Source: an uncultured bacterium (GTDB lineage: Bacteria > Zixibacteria > MSB-5A5 > UBA10806). From it: a stretch of DNA of 64,000 nucleotides. Shown here one piece after another: positions 9,295 through 19,240 of this stretch (the stretch's first letter is position 1; each line of letters begins with the position of its first letter). The position numbers and the translations under genes were made by a program. The DNA lies in the NCBI GenBank assembly GCA_965541585.1, contig CBEUCH010000014.1, positions 1-64,000 on the forward strand, read 5' to 3'. The notes beneath the pieces are model-generated. The model had not been told where the DNA came from. It ran no database searches and saw nothing but the letters and a program-made list of their open reading frames with translations.

Positions 9295-9954
9295 TTGAGA
9301 AGAGAAATACCACTGATCTTAACGGCCGTTGTCGGCCTGACCTTCCTCATACAGTTCTTCGTGCCCCATGAGCCTATGGGGGATCTCGCCAATACATTTT
9401 CCGATTGGTATTCCATAATTTCCGCTTTCGCAATCTGGCTCGGCGCGTTGAACCTGATGAAGATATCCATCGAGAAAATTTCAAAAAAGGATAAGGACTG
9501 GTTTTTCGCTGTTTCCACGATCGCATCATTTTTGGTCATTATCGTAGTCGGTTTTTTCTTCTCCGGGGGACGGCAATTTCTGGATCTGGGTACGAGATTC
9601 GATTGGCTTTATAGAAATGTATATTCGCCACTGAGCGCCACAATGTTTGCCCTTCTGGCCTTTTTCGTAGCCTCGGCATCGTACAGGGCATTCAGGGCGA
9701 GGAGCGCTCAGGCCACGGTGCTCCTTCTGGCGGCTTTTATAGTGATGGTGGGCAGGACTCCCTTCGGCGACAAACTGAGTGAATTCTTATTTTTGCCCGA
9801 GGGGTGGGGGATCGCGAATCTTACAAATGTCATCATGAATTATCTGAATGTCGCCGGTCAACGTGCGATTATGATCGGAATCTCATTGGGAATAGTCTCG
9901 ACTTCGCTCCGGATAATATTGGGAATCGAGCGATCGTATCTGGGAGGCGAATAA
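9295..9954 (+). CDS. Module copy 1, subunit B: polytopic membrane protein
   Basis: TTG start after GGGAG; about 6 TM segments; ATMFALLAFFVASASYRAFRA and ILGIER. Paralogue of 15145-15795. Confidence 0.8.
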   Translation: MRREIPLILTAVVGLTFLIQFFVPHEPMGDLANTFSDWYSIISAFAIWLGALNLMKISIEKISKKDKDWFFAVSTIASFLVIIVVGFFFSGGRQFLDLGTRFDWLYRNVYSPLSATMFALLAFFVASASYRAFRARSAQATVLLLAAFIVMVGRTPFGDKLSEFLFLPEGWGIANLTNVIMNYLNVAGQRAIMIGISLGIVSTSLRIILGIERSYLGGE

Positions 9955-9955
9955 A

Positions 9956-10867
9956 ATGCAGAGATTTTTTGAAAGACTTCTCACTATGGATCGCCGGATT
10001 ATATTCCTGGTTATTTTCCTGGCCGTTTCGGTTCCGATATTCCTGAACATAGAAATCAATATCCGGGTCACCGGAGAGGTACAGATTCTGTATGATGCCT
10101 TAAACGAACTACCGCGGGGTTCCAGGATTTTGGTCTCCTGCGATTATGATCCGGGTTCGGAACCGGAGCTTCAGCCGATGGCCGAGTCCGGCTTCAGATA
10201 TTTCATAGAGAATGACCTGAAGTTCATAATTATCGGCCTCTGGCCTCAGGGCCCGATGCAGGCGAACAAGGCTCTCGAGACTATCAGCGAGGTCAATGAG
10301 GGTTTCGTTGTCGAAGATGGCGACACACTGTATTTTGGGCGCGATATAATAGTGGTGGGTTCGGATTCCATTCGCTATGGAATTGATTTTATCAACCTCG
10401 GTTTCCAGGTAGGCCAGGAGCTTGTAATTCAGCGTATGGGATCATCGTTCGGAGCTGCTTTCCCCAACGACTCCTGGTATGGCAGACCGATAGGCGAGTT
10501 CCCTATCATGGATGGGTTAAACAAACTTTCCGATTTTGATTTCGTCTATAATCTCTCCGCCGGTTATCCGGGCACTTATGAATGGGTGCAGTTTGCGGTG
10601 GATAGATTTCATGTTCCGGTGGGAGCGGGCAATACGGCGGTGCAGGCGCCCCTGGTTTATCCATACCTCAATACCGGGCAGTTGACCGGATTATTAGGCG
10701 GCATGAAAGGCGGCGCCGAGTTCGAGAAGCTGGTGGGTCACAAGGCCAGGGCCACCCTGTCCATGGTGAGCCAGACGGCAGCTCACATTTTTGTGATACT
10801 GTTTATAGTGATTGGAAATCTCGCGTACTTCGCCACCCGCGGTAAACAGAGCAAGATAGGTTCTTAG
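9956..10867 (+). CDS. Module copy 1, subunit C: membrane-anchored soluble domain
   Basis: TMs at both termini; DRRIIF, ELQPM and GLLGGMKGGAEFE motifs. Paralogue of 15792-16628. Confidence 0.8.
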   Translation: MQRFFERLLTMDRRIIFLVIFLAVSVPIFLNIEINIRVTGEVQILYDALNELPRGSRILVSCDYDPGSEPELQPMAESGFRYFIENDLKFIIIGLWPQGPMQANKALETISEVNEGFVVEDGDTLYFGRDIIVVGSDSIRYGIDFINLGFQVGQELVIQRMGSSFGAAFPNDSWYGRPIGEFPIMDGLNKLSDFDFVYNLSAGYPGTYEWVQFAVDRFHVPVGAGNTAVQAPLVYPYLNTGQLTGLLGGMKGGAEFEKLVGHKARATLSMVSQTAAHIFVILFIVIGNLAYFATRGKQSKIGS

Positions 10868-10869
10868 GT

Positions 10870-11631
10870 ATGCAAATATCGGGTGAAATAGGATACTGGA
10901 TCGCGGCCTTCTTTACGATAGGTATCGCCTCTTTCTTGTATAAAGATAATCCGCTGTATAAATTTTGCGAATCAGTCTTTGTGGGGATCTCCGCGGGATA
11001 CTGGTTTGTGATGCTATTTTATGAGAACATGGTGCCGAAGCTGTTCGATAGCCTCGGGATATCATATATGTTTGGTCTCTGGGAAGAGAAGGGCGCCATC
11101 CAGGATATACTTGCGGGGCAATGGAATATCAATATACTACATATCCTGGCTCTGGTACTGGGAGTAATGATGCTCATGCGATTGATCCCGAGTATCGGCT
11201 GGATAGCCCGCTGGCCCCTGTCGGTAATCGTCGGATCCACCGCCGGCCTGTGGATGGTTACCTATTTCCAGTCCAACTTTTTAAGCCAGCTTCAAAAGAC
11301 GGTTATCCCTCTGTTTGACATGAACCGGATTCACGGTCTTGCTGAGGTGGGAGCAAACATGGCAGCTCAGGGCAGATCTATACCATTCGATGTCTATTTT
11401 GGCGCTTACCTGGGCAACCTCGTTCTTATAGTGGGCACTCTAACAGGATTGATTTACTTTTATTTCTCAAAAGAGCATAAGGGGGTGCTCGGCGGCGCTG
11501 CCAAAGTCGGTATTTATTTCTTGATGATAACATTTGGCGCCTCGTTCGGATACACCGTCATGTCGCGTATGTCTCTTCTGATCGGGCGACTTTACTTCCT
11601 CTACGGCGACTGGCTCGGATTGGTGCAATAA
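10870..11631 (+). CDS. Module copy 1, subunit D: polytopic membrane protein
   Basis: SFLYKDNPLY, VGISAGYW, YFYFSKEHKG and FGASFGYTVMSR motifs. Paralogue of 16632-17384. Confidence 0.8.
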   Translation: MQISGEIGYWIAAFFTIGIASFLYKDNPLYKFCESVFVGISAGYWFVMLFYENMVPKLFDSLGISYMFGLWEEKGAIQDILAGQWNINILHILALVLGVMMLMRLIPSIGWIARWPLSVIVGSTAGLWMVTYFQSNFLSQLQKTVIPLFDMNRIHGLAEVGANMAAQGRSIPFDVYFGAYLGNLVLIVGTLTGLIYFYFSKEHKGVLGGAAKVGIYFLMITFGASFGYTVMSRMSLLIGRLYFLYGDWLGLVQ

Positions 11632-11761
11632 CATTTTTGTTGAATAAGGGCATTCGCCCGGTGTATATAATAGTGAGGTATGGGAAGTGGATGTTATTTA
11701 TTTGATATTGAAATTCCGATGGCTAACAGGTGAAGTTTAGACGTGAGATCAGGAGTAACAG

Positions 11762-12217
11762 ATGGATTATAATATACCCTACTATATATGGCTTATAATT
11801 GCAGTGCTGTTCATAATGGTGGAGATATTCGCCGCAGGTTTTTTCTACGCCTGTTTTGCGTTGGGGGCGCTGGTTGCTGCGGCATCAGGCCTGATTACAG
11901 GAAATCCGATATGGCAGATTGTCATCTTCTGCGTGGTATCGGTGGGATTAATTCCTGTATCGAGAATTTTCGCCAGAAAAATCACGGATGAATCGGTGCC
12001 GCAGGCCGGGGCGGACGCACTTGTAGGTTTAACAGGAATCGTGACGGAGGCCATCAGGCCCGTCGATGATGCCGGCAAGGTGAGGGTCGATGGTCAGAAT
12101 TGGCGCGCGGTGGCATCGGAAGATATTGAGGTGGGCACTGCGATCAAAGTAATAGCCCTGCGGGGGGCCAGACTTACAGTAGAAGCTATTGATGCAAAGG
12201 GAGGAAATAATGGATAA
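11762..12217 (+). CDS. NfeD-family (YbbJ-like) membrane protein
   Basis: N-terminal TMs plus OB-fold motif LVGLTGIV...GKVRVDGQNWRA. Overlaps the SPFH gene. Confidence 0.9.
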   Translation: MDYNIPYYIWLIIAVLFIMVEIFAAGFFYACFALGALVAAASGLITGNPIWQIVIFCVVSVGLIPVSRIFARKITDESVPQAGADALVGLTGIVTEAIRPVDDAGKVRVDGQNWRAVASEDIEVGTAIKVIALRGARLTVEAIDAKGGNNG

Positions 12218-13163
12218 CGCCGGTATCATTTTACTTCTGGCTGTCATAGTGTTTTTCGCCTTCGTCCTGGGGGCTATGTCGATCAGGATAATAAGGCCTT
12301 TTCAAAGAGGTCTGGTTGAACGGCTTGGCCGTTATCAGAGGAAATGCCATCCCGGTTTGCAGGTGATATTTCCTATTGTCGAAACCCTGGTTCGGGTGGA
12401 TATGAGGGAAAGGGTGGTCGATGTTCCATCACAGTCTATCATCACCAAGGATAACGTGGTAGTGGAGGTCGATGCCCTCATTTACTGCCAGGTGACCGAT
12501 CCCTTTAAGGCCCATTACGAGATCACCGATTTCGTCTATGCGGCGGTGAAACTGGCGCAGACGAACCTGAGAAATACTCTGGGTGAAATGGAGCTTGATC
12601 AATCATTGACATCCAGGGACACCATCAACGAACAACTCAGATCGGTGCTCGACACGGCAACCGACAAGTGGGGAATCAAGGTTAACAGGGTAGAGATACA
12701 GAGGATCGACCCGCCGATGGATATCACCGAGGCAATGAGCCGTCAGATGAAGGCCGAGCGCGACAAGCGGGCGGCGATCCTGGAGGCCGAGGGTGTCAAG
12801 CAGGCCGATATTACGACGGCAGAGGGTTCCAAGCAGGCGACCATTCTGGAGGCCGAGGGTAAAGCCGTGGCCGTGAAGAAAATCGCCGATGCGGAAAAAT
12901 ACAGGAAAATTGCCGAGGCCGCCGGGGAGGGGGAGGCTATCATCAATGTGTTTTCCGCTATACATAAGGGCGCGCCCGATGATAAACTGATAACGCTGAA
13001 ATATCTTGAGGCGCTTAAGGGCATGGCCGACGGTCAGGCCACGAAATTCTTCATTCCATATGAGGCATCCGCTCTCATTTCGGGGCTGGGGGCGATTGCC
13101 GATGTCTTGAAGCCTGAAATGAAAACCGGGCTGAAAGAAGAGTCTGATACCGGGGGAGATTAG
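12210..13163 (+). CDS. SPFH/Band 7 (QmcA-like) protein
   Basis: ATG 12210 after GGAGG; RGLVERLGRY, ITKDNV, LAQTNLRN and QMKAERDKRA motifs. Confidence 0.92.
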   Translation: MDNAGIILLLAVIVFFAFVLGAMSIRIIRPFQRGLVERLGRYQRKCHPGLQVIFPIVETLVRVDMRERVVDVPSQSIITKDNVVVEVDALIYCQVTDPFKAHYEITDFVYAAVKLAQTNLRNTLGEMELDQSLTSRDTINEQLRSVLDTATDKWGIKVNRVEIQRIDPPMDITEAMSRQMKAERDKRAAILEAEGVKQADITTAEGSKQATILEAEGKAVAVKKIADAEKYRKIAEAAGEGEAIINVFSAIHKGAPDDKLITLKYLEALKGMADGQATKFFIPYEASALISGLGAIADVLKPEMKTGLKEESDTGGD

Positions 13164-13164
13164 C

Positions 13165-13608
13165 ATGGAACAGGTTAAATCGTTGGTTGCCGGCAAACGT
13201 TTGACGTTCGTCAAGCCCGAGATGACCGTATTCGAGACAGTCGCAAAAATGGCCGACACCAAAATCGGAGCGGTGATTGTTCTCGATGACAGCAAGCTTG
13301 TGGGGATATTTACCGAGCGTGACCTTCTTAACAGGGTCGTCAGCGTTGGCAAGGACCCTCAGAAGACGAAGATATCGGACGTGATGACCAGGGATGTCGC
13401 CGTCTGCAATGCCGACGATACCTATGAGAGTTGCTTAGCCCAGATGAGAAAGATTGGCTGCCGTCATATGCCGGTGGTCGAGGGCGATAAATTGCTGGGA
13501 GTGCTATCCATACGGGATCTGTTGAGACATCATATATCGGTTCAGGACGCCGAGATAAAAATGATGAGCTCTCTATATCAATACCAGCCACCGGACATGG
13601 AATATTAA
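13165..13608 (+). CDS. CBS-pair domain protein
   Basis: KLVGIFTERD, VMTRDV and RHMPVVEGDKLLGVLSIRD motifs. Confidence 0.92.
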   Translation: MEQVKSLVAGKRLTFVKPEMTVFETVAKMADTKIGAVIVLDDSKLVGIFTERDLLNRVVSVGKDPQKTKISDVMTRDVAVCNADDTYESCLAQMRKIGCRHMPVVEGDKLLGVLSIRDLLRHHISVQDAEIKMMSSLYQYQPPDMEY

Positions 13609-13816
13609 GCAGGCTAAAACGGCTGGCAGGCATTCAGTTAACATATAAGTATAGACGATTTTTCGTTTCTTTATGAATGTTGCGGGTTGTCTGATTTAAT
13701 CTCACAGGCAAATATCATCTGAAAAAGCAAAATAGTTGATGCGATAATTCTTACTATTTAGTATTATATGTTTATGAGACAGGCCCGCGGAGGTTTTTTT
13801 ACCACCTGAAAAAGTT

Positions 13817-15076
13817 ATGATATTCAGTCCGGAAAAGAGACGCCTCATTTTCATTCTTCTTGCGTTGTTGTTGGCGTTGACGACTCATTATGGTCCGGTT
13901 AAGGCTCAGGAGAGCATTTCTGAAGCGCCGATAATAGATCCGGATTCGGGTTTCATCTTTAGCTACAGCCTGCTGGCGCCGCCGCCGGGCCCGCCGACAG
14001 ATCTTACGGCCGGCGATCTACCGAATGATCCGGGAGGAGCGGTCACGGTTGGCTGGAGAAAGGCTCCGGGCGACAACAGCATTTTCCACGCGGTACTGGG
14101 TTATCTTCTTTTTCGGTCAAGGTCGCCGGATACCGGTTTCGTTCTCCTGACAAGACTTCCAGCCGGCGCCGGCGGTTATTCCGATTCAGACACGTCGTTG
14201 GTCAACGGGGGAAATTATTATTATAAGGCAGCCTCGATCTATGAATCTGATACTCTATTTGCAGGAGTAGCCGGGCCCGCAGTTCCGAGGGCTCAGTTTT
14301 TTCATTCAAAGAGAATTCCGGTGCTTCTTTTTATGCTTCTTTTTACAGGCGCCGCTCTATATCTGATTTCCCACTCCAAGCGCGGAGGCAAGCTGTATAT
14401 CCGCCCTATCGCCGGCATCGATGCGGTCGACGAGGCAATCGGGCGGGCGACAGAGATGGGCCGGCCGATATTGTTCGTTCCCGGGCTGGGCGAGGCCTCG
14501 CGCGTGGCAACCATTGCGGCCTTCACTATACTTGGCCGGGTAGCGAGAAAGGTAGCCGAATACCAAACCAGGATCATCGTACCGAATTACGATCCGGTGG
14601 TCATGACCATCTGCCAGGAAGTCGTAAAAGAGGCTTATACGTCTGCGGGCAGGCCCGAGGCTTACGATGCTAAGGACGTCTATTTTGTGACTCAGGATCA
14701 GTTTCCATATACGGCCTCTGTCAACGGTACCATGCTGAGGGAACGGCCGGCCACCAATTTCTATATGGGCATGTTTTATGCTGAATCGCTGATTCTGGCG
14801 GAGACAGGTTTCGTCGCCGGTTCCATTCAGATTGCCGGGACCGACCAGTTGATTCAGATCCCGTTTTTCGTAGCCGCCTGCGATTACACCTTGATGGGCG
14901 AGGAACTTTACGCCGCCTCTGCATATCTCTCACAGGAACCTCAGCAGATTGGCACCTTGAAGGCTCAGGATTGGGGTAAGGTATTGGCTATCGCGCTGAT
15001 GTTTGCCGGTGTTATCGCATATTTGTTCGGGAATGGCGCAGGGGAGGCGTTGACCACCTGGGTCACGGGAGGATAG
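13817..15076 (+). CDS. Module copy 2, subunit A: FN3-like + DUF6754-like
   Basis: Signal peptide, one FN3-like domain, then IRPIAGIDAVDEAIGRATEMG...PFFVAACDYTLMGEEL. Confidence 0.75.
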   Translation: MIFSPEKRRLIFILLALLLALTTHYGPVKAQESISEAPIIDPDSGFIFSYSLLAPPPGPPTDLTAGDLPNDPGGAVTVGWRKAPGDNSIFHAVLGYLLFRSRSPDTGFVLLTRLPAGAGGYSDSDTSLVNGGNYYYKAASIYESDTLFAGVAGPAVPRAQFFHSKRIPVLLFMLLFTGAALYLISHSKRGGKLYIRPIAGIDAVDEAIGRATEMGRPILFVPGLGEASRVATIAAFTILGRVARKVAEYQTRIIVPNYDPVVMTICQEVVKEAYTSAGRPEAYDAKDVYFVTQDQFPYTASVNGTMLRERPATNFYMGMFYAESLILAETGFVAGSIQIAGTDQLIQIPFFVAACDYTLMGEELYAASAYLSQEPQQIGTLKAQDWGKVLAIALMFAGVIAYLFGNGAGEALTTWVTGG

Positions 15077-15144
15077 ACCAACAAGATGAGTATGCCGATT
15101 GCTGCAATAGAACAGCACCGACAAACGAACGGTCAGGCTATTAG

Positions 15145-15795
15145 ATGAGACGGGAAGTCCCCTTAGGGATAGTCTTTGTCTGCGGCGCCTTCATGGCCCT
15201 TCAGTTTTTTGTACCGCACTATGTATCGGCTACCATATATCAGTATGCTCTGAACTGGACCATTATCATCGGCATATTTACGCTGGTGGTCGGGATCGGC
15301 TCATTGGTGAATCTTCACTATGACAGGGTTTCCAAACAGAAAGAGAACTGGCCTTATTCAATTGTGACGCTTACGGCGCTTCTTTTCATGACGGTAATCG
15401 GTCTATTTTCTCCCGATGCTCTCCAGAACACCAAGGGCCTCTTTATGAAAATGTATTTTTATGTCTTATCGCCGGTTCAGGCGACCATGTTCGCGCTCCT
15501 GGCGTTCTTTATCGCTTCGGCGGCTTATCGCGCTTTCAGAGCCAAGACATTACTGGCGACTTTGCTTTTGCTCTCGGCCGCTGTGGTTATGCTGGGGCGG
15601 GTGCCGATCGGCGATATGCTGACAGGCTGGCTGCCCGAGGGTTTGAGGTTCTCCGACATCGCCAAATATATTCTCGATTACCCGAACACCGCGGCCAAGC
15701 GGGCAATCTATATAGGCGTAGGGCTGGGCATAGCTGCCACCTCGCTTAAGATCATCCTGGGCATTGAGAGAACCTGGCTGGGTGGAGGGAAATGA
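15145..15795 (+). CDS. Module copy 2, subunit B
   Basis: MRREVPL...ATMFALLAFFIASAAYRAFRA...ILGIER. Confidence 0.8.
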   Translation: MRREVPLGIVFVCGAFMALQFFVPHYVSATIYQYALNWTIIIGIFTLVVGIGSLVNLHYDRVSKQKENWPYSIVTLTALLFMTVIGLFSPDALQNTKGLFMKMYFYVLSPVQATMFALLAFFIASAAYRAFRAKTLLATLLLLSAAVVMLGRVPIGDMLTGWLPEGLRFSDIAKYILDYPNTAAKRAIYIGVGLGIAATSLKIILGIERTWLGGGK

Positions 15796-16628
15796 TGGCG
15801 CAGGGGATCTGGCAAAAATTATTAGATCTCGACCGCAGATGGATATATCTCGTCATCGGTATAGTTACTTTCATACCGATGCTCAGATATATCGGGCTGC
15901 CGATCAAGATCACGCCGGAGGTGATAGCGGTTTATGATAGAATAGAATCGCAACCTCCCGGAACAGTAGTCATGGTACCCATGGAGTTCAGTCCGTCTAC
16001 AATGGCCGAGCTTGAACCGATGGCCAGGGCGGTCTTGATTCACTGCTTTTCGCGGGATTTGAGGGTCATATCAACAGCGCTGCAGATTGACGGAGTGATT
16101 TTGATCGAACAGGTTTTAAGAGAATCGGCGGCGGAGTACGGCAAAAAATATGGCGAAGATTATGTTTTCCTGGGATATAAACCGTATCCCGAAATGGTCA
16201 TTTTAGGAATGGGAGAAAATTTCCGCAATAATTTCCCTAAAGACTATTATAATAATGATCTCGACGATTTGCCGATGATGGCAGGGGTCAATAATTATTC
16301 CAGTGTTTCCTTCATTGTAAATATTAACGCCACTTCGGGAGTCGATTACTGGATTAACTATGCTAACGGCAGCTACGGTGTGCCCCTGGCTCTGGGCGTT
16401 ACCGCGGTCATCGCCACCGACTATTACGCCTTCCTGCAGTCGGAGCAGATTTTCGGCCTGATGGGCGGGCTGAAGGGTGCCGCCGAATATGAGAGGCTTA
16501 TCGGACGACCAAAAGATGTCGCCAATCGCGCCATGACCTCGGTTTCGGTGGCGCACGTATTCATTCTACTCTTCATAATCCTGGGTAACGTGGCCTTCTT
16601 TGCCGCACGCCGATCGGAACGGAGCTGA
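15792..16628 (+). CDS. Module copy 2, subunit C
   Basis: DRRWIY, ELEPM and GLMGGLKGAAEYE motifs. ATGA overlap with subunit B. Confidence 0.8.
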   Translation: MMAQGIWQKLLDLDRRWIYLVIGIVTFIPMLRYIGLPIKITPEVIAVYDRIESQPPGTVVMVPMEFSPSTMAELEPMARAVLIHCFSRDLRVISTALQIDGVILIEQVLRESAAEYGKKYGEDYVFLGYKPYPEMVILGMGENFRNNFPKDYYNNDLDDLPMMAGVNNYSSVSFIVNINATSGVDYWINYANGSYGVPLALGVTAVIATDYYAFLQSEQIFGLMGGLKGAAEYERLIGRPKDVANRAMTSVSVAHVFILLFIILGNVAFFAARRSERS

Positions 16629-16631
16629 GTT

Positions 16632-17384
16632 ATGGAATCAATATCCCTTGGCGCAATGTTCTGGATGACAATAGCGGCCTTTCTGACCCTTTGCATATTT
16701 TCCTTTCTCTATCGGGATAACCCGTTTTACAGATTTGCCGAACACCTGATTGTGGGCATATCCGCGGGATACTGGATAGTCGTACTGTATCACACATCAT
16801 TGACCATCCTGTGGATCGAACCATTACTTGCGTCCGTAAAAGCTTTCTCCAGCTCTGAAGGATCCTTCCTGGGCAAAACGGGGATGCTCATTGTGAGTAT
16901 CATGCCGGGAGCCATCGGACTGTTGATGTTCAGCAGGTTTTTCAAAAAGACATCCTGGATCTCACGATGGCCCATCGCATTCTATCTCGGCGTTTCGGCA
17001 GGGGTGGCCTTACCTCGGTTTCTGCAAAGTTTCGTAATCAGGCAGGTGGCGGCCAATATGATAGATCCCAGGGCAATTTATAACACCATGTCATCGGACC
17101 TGACCATATTATTCACCTACGGCAACAGCACTATGCAGTTCTGGCAGGGACTGGGCCAGATTATAATACTCCTGGGGACCATCTGCGGTCTGGCTTATTT
17201 CTATTTTTCCGCCGAGCATAAGGGTATTTTCGGTGGGGCCGCCAAGATCGGGATATGGATATTGATGATCGGGTTTGGCGCCACGTTCGGGTATACCGTC
17301 ATGGCGCGCATCTCGCTTTTGATCGGACGTTTCAATTTTCTGATCGGCTGGGTTTCCGCTCTGGGTGAGCTCTTTAGAACGTAG
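16632..17384 (+). CDS. Module copy 2, subunit D
   Basis: SFLYRDNPFY, VGISAGYW, YFYFSAEHKG and FGATFGYTVMAR motifs. Confidence 0.8.
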   Translation: MESISLGAMFWMTIAAFLTLCIFSFLYRDNPFYRFAEHLIVGISAGYWIVVLYHTSLTILWIEPLLASVKAFSSSEGSFLGKTGMLIVSIMPGAIGLLMFSRFFKKTSWISRWPIAFYLGVSAGVALPRFLQSFVIRQVAANMIDPRAIYNTMSSDLTILFTYGNSTMQFWQGLGQIIILLGTICGLAYFYFSAEHKGIFGGAAKIGIWILMIGFGATFGYTVMARISLLIGRFNFLIGWVSALGELFRT

Positions 17385-17425
17385 AGGAACTCTTTACAAA
17401 CTTAAATATGTTTTAATCATCGGCC

Positions 17426-19240
17426 ATGAATGCCGCGATAATTTTCATTATAACGCTGATTCTGACACTGGTTTCGGTTTCGGAATTTGCGCTGGCAAAG
17501 GGAGTGGTTTGCCTATACGACAGCACCGATATCGAGGTGAAAAAGAACTTATCGGCGGTCGTTAAGGTATTCAAGACCTTTGAGATTACCACCGAAGCGG
17601 GAGCGAGATTCGCGGAGGTGACTGTTCCCCTGAACGATTTTATAAAGATAAAAGATATCAAGGGCTACACTCTTCTGCCGGGCGGGCGCAGAGTAAAGCT
17701 CAAATCGCAAGACGTTCAAAGGGCGTCCGCCACCAGAATTCGGGAGTTCGGGGGCACACGGTTGTTGTTGATATCCCTCAGGTCTCCCGCAGTTGGCGCC
17801 ATAATTCATTATGAATACACCTTGGATATAAGGAGCCTGCTGTACCTGCCTCGTATTACCCGCGATACCTCATATCCTACCGAGCGATTCGTGGTGCGCC
17901 TCAGGTGGCATAAAAATGTTAAACTGAATTATGATTTTAACGGTCTGGAAATAGAATTGTCAAAAAAGGATATCAGATTTCATGCGGAGAATCTCCCGGA
18001 ATTGCCGGCTGAGAATCAGTCCTGTCCGGATGACCTGTATCTGCTTTTGAGCACCGAGGCCTTCGCATATGGTAAGATGAAATACCACTCAAGATCCTGG
18101 GCTGATGTCGGCCGGTTTTTTGCGCAGCAGGCCCTCCAGTCGGAGGAATCTTTAATAGAGGCGGGGCGGCTGGCATCGAGACTGGCCGGAGGATCTCTAT
18201 CTCGCGAGGATACTCTGAAAGCCCTGTTCGATTTTGTGGCCGATTCGGTTTCCTACGTGGCGTTAGAAATAGGCAGAGGTGATTTCGAGCCGCACTCCTG
18301 CGGCCGCATAATCGAGCGGCGTTTCGGAGATTGCAAGGATCAATCGGTTCTGCTTAGCTCGCTTTTCAGGAGCGTGGGTATCGATGCCTATCCGGCTTTA
18401 GTTTTCACAGGAGATTATCCCAGAGTGAGCGATCTTCATCCCTGGCCGGCATTTTTCGATCATGCCGTGGTAGTTGTCAAGGAGCCCCGGAGTAATCTGG
18501 TTCTGGATCCCAGCGATCCGCTGTCATCTATCAATTCGCCGCCTCCTCGTCTGCAGGGCAAGAGCTTTATAGTGGCCGACGGTTACTCCGGATTGCAGGA
18601 GCCTGATCCGAGCTCTAAGCCATCCCGTGGAATTATCTGGCAATTCACCATAACGGAGGAAATCTCTGGTGGGCTAAGTGTGGATTTTTCACTTAAGTAT
18701 CTGAACGATGCGGCCATATCAGCAGGTGAGAGGTACGGTAATAATCACCGGCAACAATTATACGAACCGGTTGTGACGGCCCTTCAGGATGCCGGCTGGC
18801 AGATGTCATCTATTGATTTTCAACCGGTCGTAAAAGGTTTGGATTCGCTGGTTATCGCCGGCCGATTTCGAATATCAGATGATAATATTCGCCCGCTTGG
18901 GAATCTGGCCGTAGGTTCTCCGCTGGTCTCATACCTGTTGGATAATCTCTTCGGACAGGTAAGGGAAGGAGACTATTGCCATAACGGTTCTATTCTCCTC
19001 GAAGAATCGGTGCGGATCAGGTTGTCTCCGCACCTGCTAGTTGATATAGCCGAATATCATGATCTGTGGCTGCGCGACAGTCTGGAATTTTCAGATGAGA
19101 TCTCTTTTGACGATGGTTCGGTGCTTTTTCGTCGGGCATTCGATTTTGCAGGTGGCATGATCAGCGCTGACGATTATAACAATTTCCGCGATTATATCCT
19201 CTCCGCGAGAAACCAGCGGTATGTCCAGATCAGCCGATAG
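17426..19240 (+). CDS. Secreted DUF3857 + transglutaminase-like protein
   Basis: Signal peptide; GDCKD, FDHAVV and LDPS give a Cys-His-Asp triad. Confidence 0.8.
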   Translation: MNAAIIFIITLILTLVSVSEFALAKGVVCLYDSTDIEVKKNLSAVVKVFKTFEITTEAGARFAEVTVPLNDFIKIKDIKGYTLLPGGRRVKLKSQDVQRASATRIREFGGTRLLLISLRSPAVGAIIHYEYTLDIRSLLYLPRITRDTSYPTERFVVRLRWHKNVKLNYDFNGLEIELSKKDIRFHAENLPELPAENQSCPDDLYLLLSTEAFAYGKMKYHSRSWADVGRFFAQQALQSEESLIEAGRLASRLAGGSLSREDTLKALFDFVADSVSYVALEIGRGDFEPHSCGRIIERRFGDCKDQSVLLSSLFRSVGIDAYPALVFTGDYPRVSDLHPWPAFFDHAVVVVKEPRSNLVLDPSDPLSSINSPPPRLQGKSFIVADGYSGLQEPDPSSKPSRGIIWQFTITEEISGGLSVDFSLKYLNDAAISAGERYGNNHRQQLYEPVVTALQDAGWQMSSIDFQPVVKGLDSLVIAGRFRISDDNIRPLGNLAVGSPLVSYLLDNLFGQVREGDYCHNGSILLEESVRIRLSPHLLVDIAEYHDLWLRDSLEFSDEISFDDGSVLFRRAFDFAGGMISADDYNNFRDYILSARNQRYVQISR

